Positions 19,782 to 29,886 of a stretch of 64,000 bases of DNA are shown here, piece by piece. The translations under genes and the position numbers were made by a program. Positions within the stretch are counted from its first letter, which is position 1. Each line of letters opens with the position of its first letter. The notes beneath the pieces are model-generated. The model was given only the letters and a program-made list of their open reading frames with translations, did not search any database and was not told where the DNA came from. Origin of the DNA: Candidatus Hydrogenedentota bacterium (GTDB lineage Bacteria > Hydrogenedentota > Hydrogenedentia > Hydrogenedentales > SLHB01); contig CAXXTH010000023.1 in assembly GCA_963668025.2 (NCBI GenBank), positions 256,001-320,000 of the forward strand, read 5' to 3'.

Positions 19782-22229
19782 GTGATTAAGAAACTCGGCT
19801 TCATTCTATTAATGGCGATGGGCCTTCTTGCACCCATCTATCCTTGCGAGGCCTTGTCCGGCGAGACGCTCTCCCTTGACGGGGCCAATTGGGCGGGCGA
19901 CGCCAACATGACCGGCGGCCTGGACGCTGGAATGGCGGGTGACGCCGATGCGCTGGTCGCATCGGGCAGCGGGTATTCGAGCTATCCTACCACCTACGAT
20001 TTTGCGATCACGCTTGCGGAAGAGTATAGCCGGAGTCCCTATGTCGAATTTACCATTGGCTTCCGTTTGAATAGCATGCAAACATCCATAGGTATCGTGA
20101 AATGGGATGGTGTTCCGCTGTGCGTGTGCCACGCCAATGATGCCGTCGAGCAATTGGGCGCGAAACGGGTGCGGGTGGCCACCTCGGAATTCGATGTATC
20201 GGCGGGCGGGCATGTGCTGACGGTCGAGGCCGTGGACACGCCTGAAAATACCTACGACTTTTTTGAAGTCGACGCGGTTCAAGTGTTGCGGGTGGGACCT
20301 GCGCTTCCCGCTGCGCCTGTTCCCGCCGCCACCTGGTTAATTGTCCGGGGCGGCGATGAATCCGAAGCGGAATTGCTTAATATAGAGAAGCTGCAAGAGG
20401 AGATGACGGGCCTGCTGGGCTCCTCGCCGGAAGTGGTATCGGCTGGCGAACTGAGTGATGTGCAGAAAACCAGCAATAGCCTAGTTTTAGTGGGCACATA
20501 TGGCCGCAATGCTTTGAGCAAGGCGCTGCTGGACGCCGAAGGCCACCCGGCTCCCTTTGCTTCGGACGCCGCCTTTGTGCAGGAGCAAGGCTACATTGCT
20601 GGCGCATATCCCAGCTATTACGCCCCTCGCCAGAAAGTAATACTAGCCACGGGCTGGGATACCCTCGGGTCGGTTTTCGCTATCTCGCATTTGCGCACGA
20701 ACCTGCAAAACAGCGGTGATGGGCTGTATCTAGCCGCTGAGGGGAACGCGTCGAATCTCACGTCCGTATATAACGAATACCGCCCGGATGTGGCGAGGCG
20801 CGGGGTGTACTACAACATCGCCTATGGCATCAGCTTTGGCAAGCTGACGCCGGACAACTGGAATGCGTCGGACTGGGAGTATTGGGTGGACCAGTTAGTG
20901 GCTGCGCAATTGACCCATGTTGAGTTTTATATCTGGGGCAATGCGGAACTCGATTACCCCTATTCAACGGTCAACGCCACGCGCAACCATACTATGCGGC
21001 TGGCGCTGCAACACATGATCACCTACGCCCATAGCCGCGGCATGAAGGTGGTCTATCATTTCAGTCCAGGGATTATACCCTCGGATATTTATGGCGCGAA
21101 CAAGAGCGTGGGCAATTTCGCCGGAACGAGCGATTATGCCACGGCGGGCTACCCCTGTCCGTGCCCCGCAGATACGTCGCTATTGAGTTATAAAGGCCAT
21201 ACGTGGAACAACGCGATGGACCTTATTACGGATATTTTCCGGACGCAGATCGAGTATTTCGCCGAAGCCGACGAATTCCGCATGTGGTTTTATGATCCGG
21301 GCGGCTGCTGGTGTTCGGATGCGAAAAATGGATGCAAGAGCCATCAGGTGGAGCGCTTGATGACCCATGTCCAGACGTTTTTCCCGATTGTCCAGGCGAA
21401 CAATCCCGATGCGCGTTTCAGCGTGAGCACATGGCCGATCTGGCTGCTCGAAAATGGGGCCTATATTGGATACGCCTACGGCAACACGTTCCTCACTCAA
21501 CTCAAGACATATGCCCAAAGCCAAGATGCACTCGACCGGTTCGATGTAGCGGACACGCTGGCGTCTGAGAGTTCGTTTGTACCAGAAGGCATTTCAAAAG
21601 GTTTTGGCGGCGAGGGTTTCTTATTCGAGACCAATATCGAGACGGCATACCCCTTCTTGAATCCGCTGCTCGCCTTCACCAATGGGCTTATTGACCGGGG
21701 CGTGGGATGGGGATGCTCGGAGATGCATTTCCATCGCAACGAAGAAGGCTCGAAATATCCGATGTCGTTCTTCCTCGGACAGCGCATGTGGGATCATGAG
21801 CGTTCCGATTCGGATGTGACGATGGCGTATGCGCGCTGGATCGCCAATACGAATCCTACGTCCGCCCAGGAACTGCAACAAGCGTTTGTGCTGATGGATT
21901 CGTTCCATTACGACGGCTCCTCTTCGCAGGATATGACCGCCAAAGGCGCGCAAATCCGCGATTTAGTCGTCTCAGCCGTAGGCAGGCTTTCGGCGGAACG
22001 CCAGGCGAAGTTGGAATTTCTTACCACCACGGCGAAAGTGCTTGCCCTTTATGGAGAAGCCGCGGAAAATCCAGGCAATAGCACATTGTTGGATACGCTA
22101 TTCGCGTCTTATCGCACGGTGTTGGGCGAATCGGCCGCGTTCGCCCCGTTTTACCCATATGCCAGCCGCGCACGGTTTGACCAGCATGTTTCCTGGCTGC
22201 GGGCGGGATGGCGGAGCGCAGGTTTCTAA
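19782..22229 (+). CDS. Secreted uncharacterised glycoside-hydrolase-like protein with extra N-terminal beta-sandwich (paralog 3 of 3)
   Basis: Signal peptide after a probable GTG start (the ORF extends to 19734); YAHSRGMKV, QIEYFAEADEFRMWFYDPGGCWC, STWPIW motifs match the two paralogs. Confidence 0.7.
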   Translation: MIKKLGFILLMAMGLLAPIYPCEALSGETLSLDGANWAGDANMTGGLDAGMAGDADALVASGSGYSSYPTTYDFAITLAEEYSRSPYVEFTIGFRLNSMQTSIGIVKWDGVPLCVCHANDAVEQLGAKRVRVATSEFDVSAGGHVLTVEAVDTPENTYDFFEVDAVQVLRVGPALPAAPVPAATWLIVRGGDESEAELLNIEKLQEEMTGLLGSSPEVVSAGELSDVQKTSNSLVLVGTYGRNALSKALLDAEGHPAPFASDAAFVQEQGYIAGAYPSYYAPRQKVILATGWDTLGSVFAISHLRTNLQNSGDGLYLAAEGNASNLTSVYNEYRPDVARRGVYYNIAYGISFGKLTPDNWNASDWEYWVDQLVAAQLTHVEFYIWGNAELDYPYSTVNATRNHTMRLALQHMITYAHSRGMKVVYHFSPGIIPSDIYGANKSVGNFAGTSDYATAGYPCPCPADTSLLSYKGHTWNNAMDLITDIFRTQIEYFAEADEFRMWFYDPGGCWCSDAKNGCKSHQVERLMTHVQTFFPIVQANNPDARFSVSTWPIWLLENGAYIGYAYGNTFLTQLKTYAQSQDALDRFDVADTLASESSFVPEGISKGFGGEGFLFETNIETAYPFLNPLLAFTNGLIDRGVGWGCSEMHFHRNEEGSKYPMSFFLGQRMWDHERSDSDVTMAYARWIANTNPTSAQELQQAFVLMDSFHYDGSSSQDMTAKGAQIRDLVVSAVGRLSAERQAKLEFLTTTAKVLALYGEAAENPGNSTLLDTLFASYRTVLGESAAFAPFYPYASRARFDQHVSWLRAGWRSAGF

Positions 22230-23504
22230 ATGAACATGCATCACATCAGGGCAGGATATATACACATGAAAACGATACAAGCCACGGCTCTACGGACAAC
22301 ATGGATGCGCTGGGTGGTTCTTGGCATAGTGGCATGTGGAGCGCTGTGCGCTCATGCCCAAGAAGGTGGAATGCTGCTGGATCCTTCTGGCAATCCCGCC
22401 ATGGACGCCGTTGTCACCGCACCCGGCACGGGCGGCCTCATCGCCGCCTGGAGCGCATACGACGGGTCGTGGTTCCGTGTGAAGGCCCGCGTGTCCAACG
22501 ACGGCGGCCAGGCCTGGAATGACCCTGTCCAATTATCGTCTGGAGAGCTGGACGCTTATTATCCGGCTATCGTTTCGGAAGGCGGAATGGCATACATCGC
22601 GTGGGCCGATACCGATGGCGCGAAATATGGCCAAGTCATGGCATGCGCCAGCTCCGACTCGGGCGCTACCTGGAGTGCGCCATATGCCGTATCGGACTCT
22701 GCTCCCGGCGTATCCCATCTCCGGCTGGCTGCGCAAGGTGCAACCGCGTGGCTGGTATGGACGGATTGCAGCTCGGGCGTATCCAATGTGATGGCGGCTT
22801 CAACCACTAACAGCGGCGCTTCGTGGTCATCGCCGCAGGCCGTGGCGGCCAGCGCGAAGCCTTGCCGTTATCCCAGCGTGGCGATGAAAGGCGGCGCGGC
22901 GCATTTGGTATGGGAGCAATGGGGCGCACAAGCGCCCGAGATCGCATACGCCAGCAAGACCGGCAACGACGCATGGACCACGCCCGTTTTGCTGAGCGCC
23001 GATGACCGGTGGGCGTCCGAGAGCCCTACGATTGCGGCCAACGCGGAAGACCTTTTCGTTGCATGGCGGCAGGATTCCGCTGACGTCTCCGTGATTAGCT
23101 TTACCCGTCTCCGTAATGGCCAGCCACTATGGGATATGCCCGTGGCGCTCGCGGCGGGCGCATCGAGCAGCTATCCCGAACTGGCTGCAACCGGCCAGCG
23201 TATCGTGCTGGCATACGAGCGTGAAGGGCAGGCGATGCTCCTGGAGAGCCTTGACGCAGGGGATGCCTGGGGCGAATCACAGGCGGTATCGGAATCGGGC
23301 TGGAACGGGCTTGCTCGTATCTGTTTAGGCCCGGTTTATTACTATATGACATGGACACAAGAAGCGGATGGAACCGTCCGCTTGGCGGTGGATCCCATGG
23401 GCGCTACGCCGGATATGCCTGCGGCGGCCGTGGCGGGGGCCGCATTATTGCTGGCCCTCATGGGCGCGCTGGGATGGCGTTTCAGCCGCCAGACAGGACG
23501 TTAA
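22230..23504 (+). CDS. BNR/Asp-box (sialidase-like beta-propeller) secreted protein with C-terminal sorting tail
   Basis: SNDGGQAW, SSDSGATW, TTNSGASW, SLDAGDAW Asp-boxes; MPAAA-TM-WRFSRQTGR tail. Confidence 0.8.
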   Translation: MNMHHIRAGYIHMKTIQATALRTTWMRWVVLGIVACGALCAHAQEGGMLLDPSGNPAMDAVVTAPGTGGLIAAWSAYDGSWFRVKARVSNDGGQAWNDPVQLSSGELDAYYPAIVSEGGMAYIAWADTDGAKYGQVMACASSDSGATWSAPYAVSDSAPGVSHLRLAAQGATAWLVWTDCSSGVSNVMAASTTNSGASWSSPQAVAASAKPCRYPSVAMKGGAAHLVWEQWGAQAPEIAYASKTGNDAWTTPVLLSADDRWASESPTIAANAEDLFVAWRQDSADVSVISFTRLRNGQPLWDMPVALAAGASSSYPELAATGQRIVLAYEREGQAMLLESLDAGDAWGESQAVSESGWNGLARICLGPVYYYMTWTQEADGTVRLAVDPMGATPDMPAAAVAGAALLLALMGALGWRFSRQTGR

Positions 23505-23523
23505 CTGTATTAGGAGAACACAA

Positions 23524-24561
23524 ATGCCTACTATGAAACAAGTGGTGATCACCGCGCAGCGCACCATCGAGATCCAAGAGATCGAACGGCCCAAGGCGGT
23601 TCCTGGCTCCGTGTTGATTCGTGTGTGTTATTCGGGCATCTGCGGCACGGATTTGATGAATTACCGGGGCGATTTTGTCTGGGGCCGGGCGGGATATCCA
23701 AAGGTTCCCGGCCACGAGCTTTCCGGCATCATTGAAGCCGTGGGCGAAGGCGTCACGGGCTTCCAGCCGGGCGACCGCGTCGTGCCGGAATGCACCATCG
23801 GCTGCGGCGTCTGTGGCTATTGTAAAGCGGGTAACTACAGCCTATGCAAGAACCGCCTTAAATACTCGAATGGCGGCATGGCCGAGTACGTGGCCATTCC
23901 CGCGAAGGCAGTGCATCATTTACCCGAAAACACGTCTCTGCAAGATGGCGCATTGATTGAACCCGTGGCCGTGGGCTGCAATGCCGCCCTCAAAGCCGGG
24001 AATGTATTTGGCAAATATGTCGGCGTCATCGGCGGCGGCACCATCGGCCTGGGCGCATTGATGACGCTCCAGCTCAACGGCGCGGCGAAATCCTTTATAT
24101 TCGAGCTGGTGGACGAACGCATCGAGCTGGCCAAACAGCTCGGGGCCACGATGGGCATCAATAGCAAGCAGGTCGAGCCGAAACAGGCTGTGCTGGACGC
24201 AACGCAAGGCCACTGCCTTGACGCCGTCATCGTAGCCAGCGCGGGCACCGCGAAGACCCTCGGCCTGGCGCTCGAGGTATTGGCGATGCAAGGCGTTGTC
24301 GTCGTGGTCGGCCTAAGCGGCGGCCAGCTCTCGCAATTCGACGCCGACGACCTGTGCGACAAAGAGGCGAGCATCGTGGGCAGCCACTCGAGCCCCGGCA
24401 TCTGGGAGCAACTCATCAACGCCATCGGCGCGGGACGTTATCCCCTTGGCCCATTGACGAGCCATGTGTTCCCGCTGGAGCAAGGCGCGGAAGCCTTCCG
24501 CGTGCTCGATGATCCCACTCAGCCCACGCAAAAAGTGCTGCTGGAAGCCTCCAAAGGATAA
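23524..24561 (+). CDS. Zinc-binding alcohol/sugar dehydrogenase (MDR family)
   Basis: GICGTD, GHE, CGVCGYC...C, GGGTIG; AGGAG RBS before ATG 23524. Confidence 0.92.
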   Translation: MPTMKQVVITAQRTIEIQEIERPKAVPGSVLIRVCYSGICGTDLMNYRGDFVWGRAGYPKVPGHELSGIIEAVGEGVTGFQPGDRVVPECTIGCGVCGYCKAGNYSLCKNRLKYSNGGMAEYVAIPAKAVHHLPENTSLQDGALIEPVAVGCNAALKAGNVFGKYVGVIGGGTIGLGALMTLQLNGAAKSFIFELVDERIELAKQLGATMGINSKQVEPKQAVLDATQGHCLDAVIVASAGTAKTLGLALEVLAMQGVVVVVGLSGGQLSQFDADDLCDKEASIVGSHSSPGIWEQLINAIGAGRYPLGPLTSHVFPLEQGAEAFRVLDDPTQPTQKVLLEASKG

Positions 24562-24570
24562 GAATGCATG

Positions 24571-24615
24571 AACGCTCATCGCCTTGGCCAAGACCAAGGC
24601 GATGAGCGTTGTTTT
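24571..24615 (+). terminator. Intrinsic terminator (17 bp perfect stem)
   Basis: AACGCTCATCGCCTTGG-ccaaga-CCAAGGCGATGAGCGTT followed by GTTTT. Confidence 0.75.
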
Positions 24616-24726
24616 GAAATGATGACCATCTCAATTCGTCGTATTCGTTATGGTGAACAATCTCAACCAAAACAGCCATGACGAGCATAGCGCTGAGTAG
24701 CCGCGACTAAGGATCAATATTCAAAG

Positions 24727-24901
24727 ACCACGAAATACACTAAATGCACTAAAATTTGAAGGGTAGGGTGGGGCTTGCCCCACCGTTCAAAGGATGCATC
24801 TCCTGCCTCATGATAAAGAAAGCCGTTATAGCTAAAAGAAATATGCGCTTCTCGTAGCATGGCCGTCCCGGCCATGCGCATGGGCGGGACGCCCATGCTA
24901 C
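24727..24901. repeat. REP cluster: CACGAAA/CACTAAA array, GTAG REP (24763-24784) and inverted GTAGCATGG doublet (24854-24901)
   Basis: Direct matches to the elements at 14193-14261 and 19620-19646. Confidence 0.75.
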
Positions 24902-25001
24902 GGGATCTCATTAAAGTTGCATATACGGTGGTTAAGATCCCGTACAGGAACGGGCCCACACCATCATCAACGGCTCCAAAGCGCCGTGCGGCGCGAACGA
25001 A

Positions 25002-26780
25002 CTACTCTTCGACCATCGTAATAGAATCCACCGATGTTTTTCCGGCCAGCGCCGCGCCTCCCCAGAGCCTGCCCACGTCTACTCGGAACTGCGTGATGGT
25101 GTCTTTCCAGGCTTCATTGTCTTGGGTCTCGATGACATACCGGACGTATTTACGCGAATTGGGTTTCTGGCCGATGTTGATGACTTTGTTGTTCGCGCCC
25201 CAGGCGGCGTCTTTGTCCGTGATCCAATAAAGATCAATGCCGTTCGCATTGGATTCATTCTTGAGGCATACCGCCACCTTGTCCACGCATCGGGCGTTTA
25301 TCGTGAGCCCCGCTGGACTCAGCATGAATGCGTCCGAGCGGTCCGTATTGAACTCGCCGCAAACGGCATGGATATCTCCATCGTTTGTGAGTGCGGTTTT
25401 GCTCATGCCTTCCATGGTCCAGCCTTCCAGCGAAGCGCCATCAAAGAGATAATTCTTCCCACGGCCCAGCGCCTCGGATTCTCCCACGAAGAATGTGCGC
25501 GTGAGCGTGCGCAACGGGGCGCTTTCACCCGATGGCAATGGATGCGCCACCGTAAATATGCCGGTAATGCTGTCCAAGGCGGGCCTGTTGCCGCCATTCG
25601 GTGTTACGAACGCCAGCTTCACCCGCTGCTCCGACTGGGGGGCCAGTTTCACATCGAGCGAACCCGGCAACAGGGCGAGCGTGGCGGTAGGCGTCATGAG
25701 CGCGTTCATACTTACTTCCACCCTCGAGTCGTTCCGCAATATAAGCATGGCGCTGCCATTTCCTGAATCGGAGTAGGCGGGAAGGGAGAAGGCTACATCC
25801 ACATTGTTTTTGACGCCTTGTAGTTTCATGACGCTTTCACAATCCTTGCTCAAAATGAAATCATCTTTTAGAATCCCATCGAGCGTGAGATTCACGATAT
25901 CGGGCTTGCCGCCATTCATCGCCACCCACATCACCTGGTCAACCGCGCCATAGGTGGTGCCCCAGAAATCCTTCATGCCGCCGGTCACCCCTAATGTGTA
26001 GTACTCCAACCCGTTGACATCATGTTTGCCGTACATATGATTGTGCCCGGCAATGACCGTATGCGGTTTACCCTCGAGCAGCTTCTCGATGGGCTCCCAG
26101 AGGTCGGGCCGGGCCTCGGGGCATTTCGCCCAAATCGGGCGGTGCATGAAGGCGAAGATCCAGCGCGGATTCGGATTTTCCTCGAGTGCGCGCTTGATCA
26201 TATCCATCTGCGCCTCGCTGATGGAACTCCAGCTATCGGTGCGGTAGGGATCTTCCGTGTTGAGGCAAAGAAACAGCACATCCTTATATACAAATGAATA
26301 GAAGCTTTTACCGAAACGTGTGCGCCAAATCTCTTCCTGCTTCGTGGAACTCATATCATGGTTGCCCGGCACCCGGAAGAAGGGCATGGTGAATTGATTC
26401 GCCATTGCGTCAAATTCATCCCATTGCCGCACCAGCTCCGCTTCATCCGGCAGATACCCTTGAACGAGATCCCCCACACTCATGACGAACTCGGGATGCA
26501 GCAGATTGAGTTTTTGAACAGCGTCTTCGAAAACGCCTGGCCGGAACCCAGCGGTCCGGTCCGCCACGATGGCGAATTGAAAGTCCTGTGGATCGTTATC
26601 GAAATTCAGGTTGGTCCAGGGGGCAGGGGCCGTCGTTTTTTCCAGGTTAGTGACAGAATGGGAAGAAAAAGTGTTGCAAGATGCCATGGATACAACTAAA
26701 ACGGCGAACAGGGCGATATGGCTACACTTGTTTGTCAATTCCGGCATGACGGCTCGCCTCCTCCTTTTGTTACTTTCCAT
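25002..26780 (-). CDS. Calcineurin-like metallophosphoesterase lipoprotein with C-terminal beta-sandwich domains
   Basis: Lipobox-like SMASC; VADRT, VGDLV, PGNHD, FMHRP, AGHNH motifs. Confidence 0.85.
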   Translation of the reverse strand: MESNKRRRRAVMPELTNKCSHIALFAVLVVSMASCNTFSSHSVTNLEKTTAPAPWTNLNFDNDPQDFQFAIVADRTAGFRPGVFEDAVQKLNLLHPEFVMSVGDLVQGYLPDEAELVRQWDEFDAMANQFTMPFFRVPGNHDMSSTKQEEIWRTRFGKSFYSFVYKDVLFLCLNTEDPYRTDSWSSISEAQMDMIKRALEENPNPRWIFAFMHRPIWAKCPEARPDLWEPIEKLLEGKPHTVIAGHNHMYGKHDVNGLEYYTLGVTGGMKDFWGTTYGAVDQVMWVAMNGGKPDIVNLTLDGILKDDFILSKDCESVMKLQGVKNNVDVAFSLPAYSDSGNGSAMLILRNDSRVEVSMNALMTPTATLALLPGSLDVKLAPQSEQRVKLAFVTPNGGNRPALDSITGIFTVAHPLPSGESAPLRTLTRTFFVGESEALGRGKNYLFDGASLEGWTMEGMSKTALTNDGDIHAVCGEFNTDRSDAFMLSPAGLTINARCVDKVAVCLKNESNANGIDLYWITDKDAAWGANNKVINIGQKPNSRKYVRYVIETQDNEAWKDTITQFRVDVGRLWGGAALAGKTSVDSITMVEE

Positions 26781-27256
26781 GATTTTTAATCAGTTATATT
26801 AGCGTTATATTTTTCACTATATAACATATTCTAGTAAAAGGCAACGTCTCTAGATGGATTTCGCACAATGATGTTTGTTCTTAATATATAATATGTTATA
26901 AGGATTTGAAGCTCATCTTGTATTTGATAATGCCAGAATATACCAAATATTTCGCAAGTGATAGAATGTTTAAATGCATGTATTTTCACTATATTTTTCA
27001 TAAAGTAAATTTTACCTGTCCTTACGAGTTATTGACGCACCTCAAAAGAATTGAATCACTGTGGAGTATCGTTAACTATCAAGGAAAGCAGGCGAGCCAG
27101 GCTTCCAGTAATCCAGCGCATGCAACTTTTCGTGGCGTCCGGTAATATTATTGACACTCGATGGCGTATGCCCCCGCATTGAATCCTGAGGAACGGAATC
27201 GAGCGCTTGCCAGTGATAGGATTATTTAAAGGCTTATTTTCTATATAAATAAAAAA

Positions 27257-27757
27257 ATGGGTTATTTGGGTATGCTAAGTTACAAGAAACATATGGGCCA
27301 TATGGCCAAAATCACGTTGGTTGCCGTGCTTCTCGTCACGTGTACGCCGGGATGCGTGATGCGCGCGTGTTATAAATCGGCGTTCCGATTTGAAGGAAAG
27401 CTGGTGAACCAATGTGGACAATCCATATCCGGCGGCGATGTCTATTTCGGTTCCTGTGCTCCACAAGCGAAAGACGGAGAAAAGGCGACGCCATGGGGTC
27501 AGACCGCCGCCGATGGCGCTTTTTCGGTTTGCACAGAAAGATTCTGGTATTCGCATAAATACCTGATCTTAACACCGGAAATATGGTTATTTCGACTAGA
27601 TAAGGATCTTGCTTTTCCTCTTACTTTCGAGAAGCCTGGCTATGAAATCTTTGACATCCGTGTTTCCGAGAAAGACGGCGTATCCGATGGCAGCGGCACT
27701 ATCGTCTTTCGCTTGGGTGAATTGACCATGAAGCAAGTTGCAGCCCTCAAAAACTGA
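27257..27757 (+). CDS. Hypothetical small lipoprotein (carboxypeptidase-regulatory-like fold possible)
   Basis: 166 aa ORF; hydrophobic stretch then TPGC; GKLVNQCGQSISG...TAADGAF pattern; true start may be downstream. Confidence 0.55.
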   Translation: MGYLGMLSYKKHMGHMAKITLVAVLLVTCTPGCVMRACYKSAFRFEGKLVNQCGQSISGGDVYFGSCAPQAKDGEKATPWGQTAADGAFSVCTERFWYSHKYLILTPEIWLFRLDKDLAFPLTFEKPGYEIFDIRVSEKDGVSDGSGTIVFRLGELTMKQVAALKN

Positions 27758-27759
27758 TT

Positions 27760-27880
27760 TTTCAACACAAAGGCACGAAGACACAAAGGGATAAATGGTA
27801 TTGAGTTTGGATTAAATCCGTGTCATCTGTGTCATCAGTGGTAGAAAATCTTCGTGTTCTTCGTGCCCGTCGTGGTGAAA
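27760..27880. repeat. Imperfect inverted repeat of the CACGAAG/ACACAAAG low-complexity family
   Basis: TTCAACACAAAGGCACGAAGACACAAAG versus the reverse complement of CTTCGTGTTCTTCGTGCCCGTCGTGGTGAAA; internal ATCCGTGTCATCTGTGTCATCAGTGG. Confidence 0.6.
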
Positions 27881-27941
27881 GAATCCGGTTCGTCACACCC
27901 AGCGATAGCCCACTGCTTCCCGCCTATGTTATGCTCCCTGC

Positions 27942-29852
27942 ATGGATACGGTTACCCGCGTAGAGAGCATCGAGCGGCTCGATTTTGGCGATTCGCCCGA
28001 TCAGCGCAAGAGCCCCGAGGAATTCCTCAAGACCTTTGACTTGGCGGACGTGCCGACGTCGCCGGGCTGCTATCTCATGCGCGACCTCAAAGATCGTGTG
28101 ATCTATGTGGGCAAAGCCAACAGCCTGCGCGCGCGCGTGCGGGCGTATATCAACGAGAGCGACACGCGCTACCGCGTGAAGTTTCTCATGCAGCGCGTAG
28201 CCCATATCGACTTCCTCGTGACGCGCAACGAGAAGGAAGCCCTCCTGCTCGAAAACAGCCTCATCAAGGAGCACCGTCCGCGCTATAACGTCCGGTTGAA
28301 GGACGACAAGTCCTATGTCAGCCTTCGGGTGAATGTCCAGCATGATTTTCCCCGCATCACGATCACGCGCCATCTGAAGCGCGACGGGGCGCGCTATTTT
28401 GGCCCCTATTCGAGCGCCCGTGATGTCCGCGAGACCTTGCGCCAGCTTCAGCGCGTGTTTCCGTTGCGTACGTGCCCCGACGCCGTCCTGCGGAGCCGCG
28501 CCCGGCCTTGCTTGTATCACCAAATGGGACAGTGTTCCGCGCCGTGCGTGGGCTATATCGGCCGGGAGGCCTACGCGGAAATCGTCAAGCAGGCCGTCAT
28601 GGTGATCGAGGGCCGGAGCGATGAACTCGAAAAACTGCTCCTTGAACGCATCCAGGAATTGGCGGACCGGCTCGAATTCGAGCAGGCCGCCGCGCTACGC
28701 GACCGCGTGTTCGCCTTACGGAAGACCCTCGAACGGCAGCGCACGGTCCAAAATAGTGAAGCGGGCGACCGCGATGTGTTCGGCCTGTATCTCGATGGCC
28801 GGTTCAGCGAGATCCAAGTGCTTTTTTATCGCGGGGGGCGTATGACGGGCGGGCGCTCGTTCTCGTTCAATCACCGCGAGATGCCCATGGAGGAAGTGCT
28901 AAGCTCGTTCCTGCTGCAATATTACTCGGAGACCGCCGCGCCGCCATCGGAAATCCTCCTCCCGCTTCCGCTGGATGCTATGGACGCACTCCAGGAAATC
29001 CTGCACGAACAGCACGGCGAACGGGTGGCGCTGTTGCATCCCCAGCGCGGTGCGAAGCGCGACCTTGTGGACCTTGCCAATCGGAACGCCAAGAGCAGTT
29101 TCGAGGAGAAGCGCCTCGCGGAGCGGGCCGCCGCGGATACGCTCGAACAGGTGAAGGAATCGCTGGACCTTGCGCGCACGCCCCAGCGCATCGAGTGTTT
29201 CGACATCTCGACCATCCAGGGTGAAAAGTCCGTGGGGTCCATGGTGGCGTTCACGGGCGGCGTTCCCGACAAGGCGCGCTACCGCCGATACGCCATCAAG
29301 CAGGTCGAAGGGCAGGACGATTTCGCCATGATGCGGGAAGTCCTCATGCGCCGTTATACGCGGGCCGTTGCGGAGGATGACAAGCCGGACTTGGTGCTCA
29401 TCGATGGCGGCAAAGGCCAGCTCAACGTGGCGGGGGCAGTGCTGCGCGACTTGGGCATCGACGACCTTGACCTTGCGTCCATCGCCAAGTCCCGCGCACT
29501 CGAGGAAGGCGGCCATTCTCCCGAACGCTTTTTCCGTCCGGGGCGCATGAACCCGATCATCCTGCCGCAGAACAGCCCCGTGGTCCATCTCCTCGCGCGG
29601 GTGCGCGACGAGGCCCACCGCTTCGCCATCACGTACCATCGCAAGCGCCGTTCCGCCGCCACGCTGCGTACGGCCCTCGTGGACATTCCAGGCGTCGGCC
29701 CCAAACGGGCGCAGGCCTTGCTGAAAGCGTTAGGCTCGGTTGCCCGCGTGCGTGAGGCGTCCATCGAGGAGATCGCCTCCGTTCCCGGTTTCAGCGAGAT
29801 CCTGGCCCGGACCGTCCTCGAGCATCTCAAGCCGAAGACAGCGGAACGCTAA
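27942..29852 (+). CDS. uvrC: Excinuclease ABC subunit C
   Basis: GIY-YIG (PGCYLM...IYVGKA), UVR domain, RIECFDIS, LIDGGKGQL, RDEAHRFA, HhH IPGVGPKR. Confidence 0.97.
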   Translation: MDTVTRVESIERLDFGDSPDQRKSPEEFLKTFDLADVPTSPGCYLMRDLKDRVIYVGKANSLRARVRAYINESDTRYRVKFLMQRVAHIDFLVTRNEKEALLLENSLIKEHRPRYNVRLKDDKSYVSLRVNVQHDFPRITITRHLKRDGARYFGPYSSARDVRETLRQLQRVFPLRTCPDAVLRSRARPCLYHQMGQCSAPCVGYIGREAYAEIVKQAVMVIEGRSDELEKLLLERIQELADRLEFEQAAALRDRVFALRKTLERQRTVQNSEAGDRDVFGLYLDGRFSEIQVLFYRGGRMTGGRSFSFNHREMPMEEVLSSFLLQYYSETAAPPSEILLPLPLDAMDALQEILHEQHGERVALLHPQRGAKRDLVDLANRNAKSSFEEKRLAERAAADTLEQVKESLDLARTPQRIECFDISTIQGEKSVGSMVAFTGGVPDKARYRRYAIKQVEGQDDFAMMREVLMRRYTRAVAEDDKPDLVLIDGGKGQLNVAGAVLRDLGIDDLDLASIAKSRALEEGGHSPERFFRPGRMNPIILPQNSPVVHLLARVRDEAHRFAITYHRKRRSAATLRTALVDIPGVGPKRAQALLKALGSVARVREASIEEIASVPGFSEILARTVLEHLKPKTAER

Positions 29853-29886
29853 CCGGAGCTGGTTCGAAAAAACAGTTTTTCCGGAA

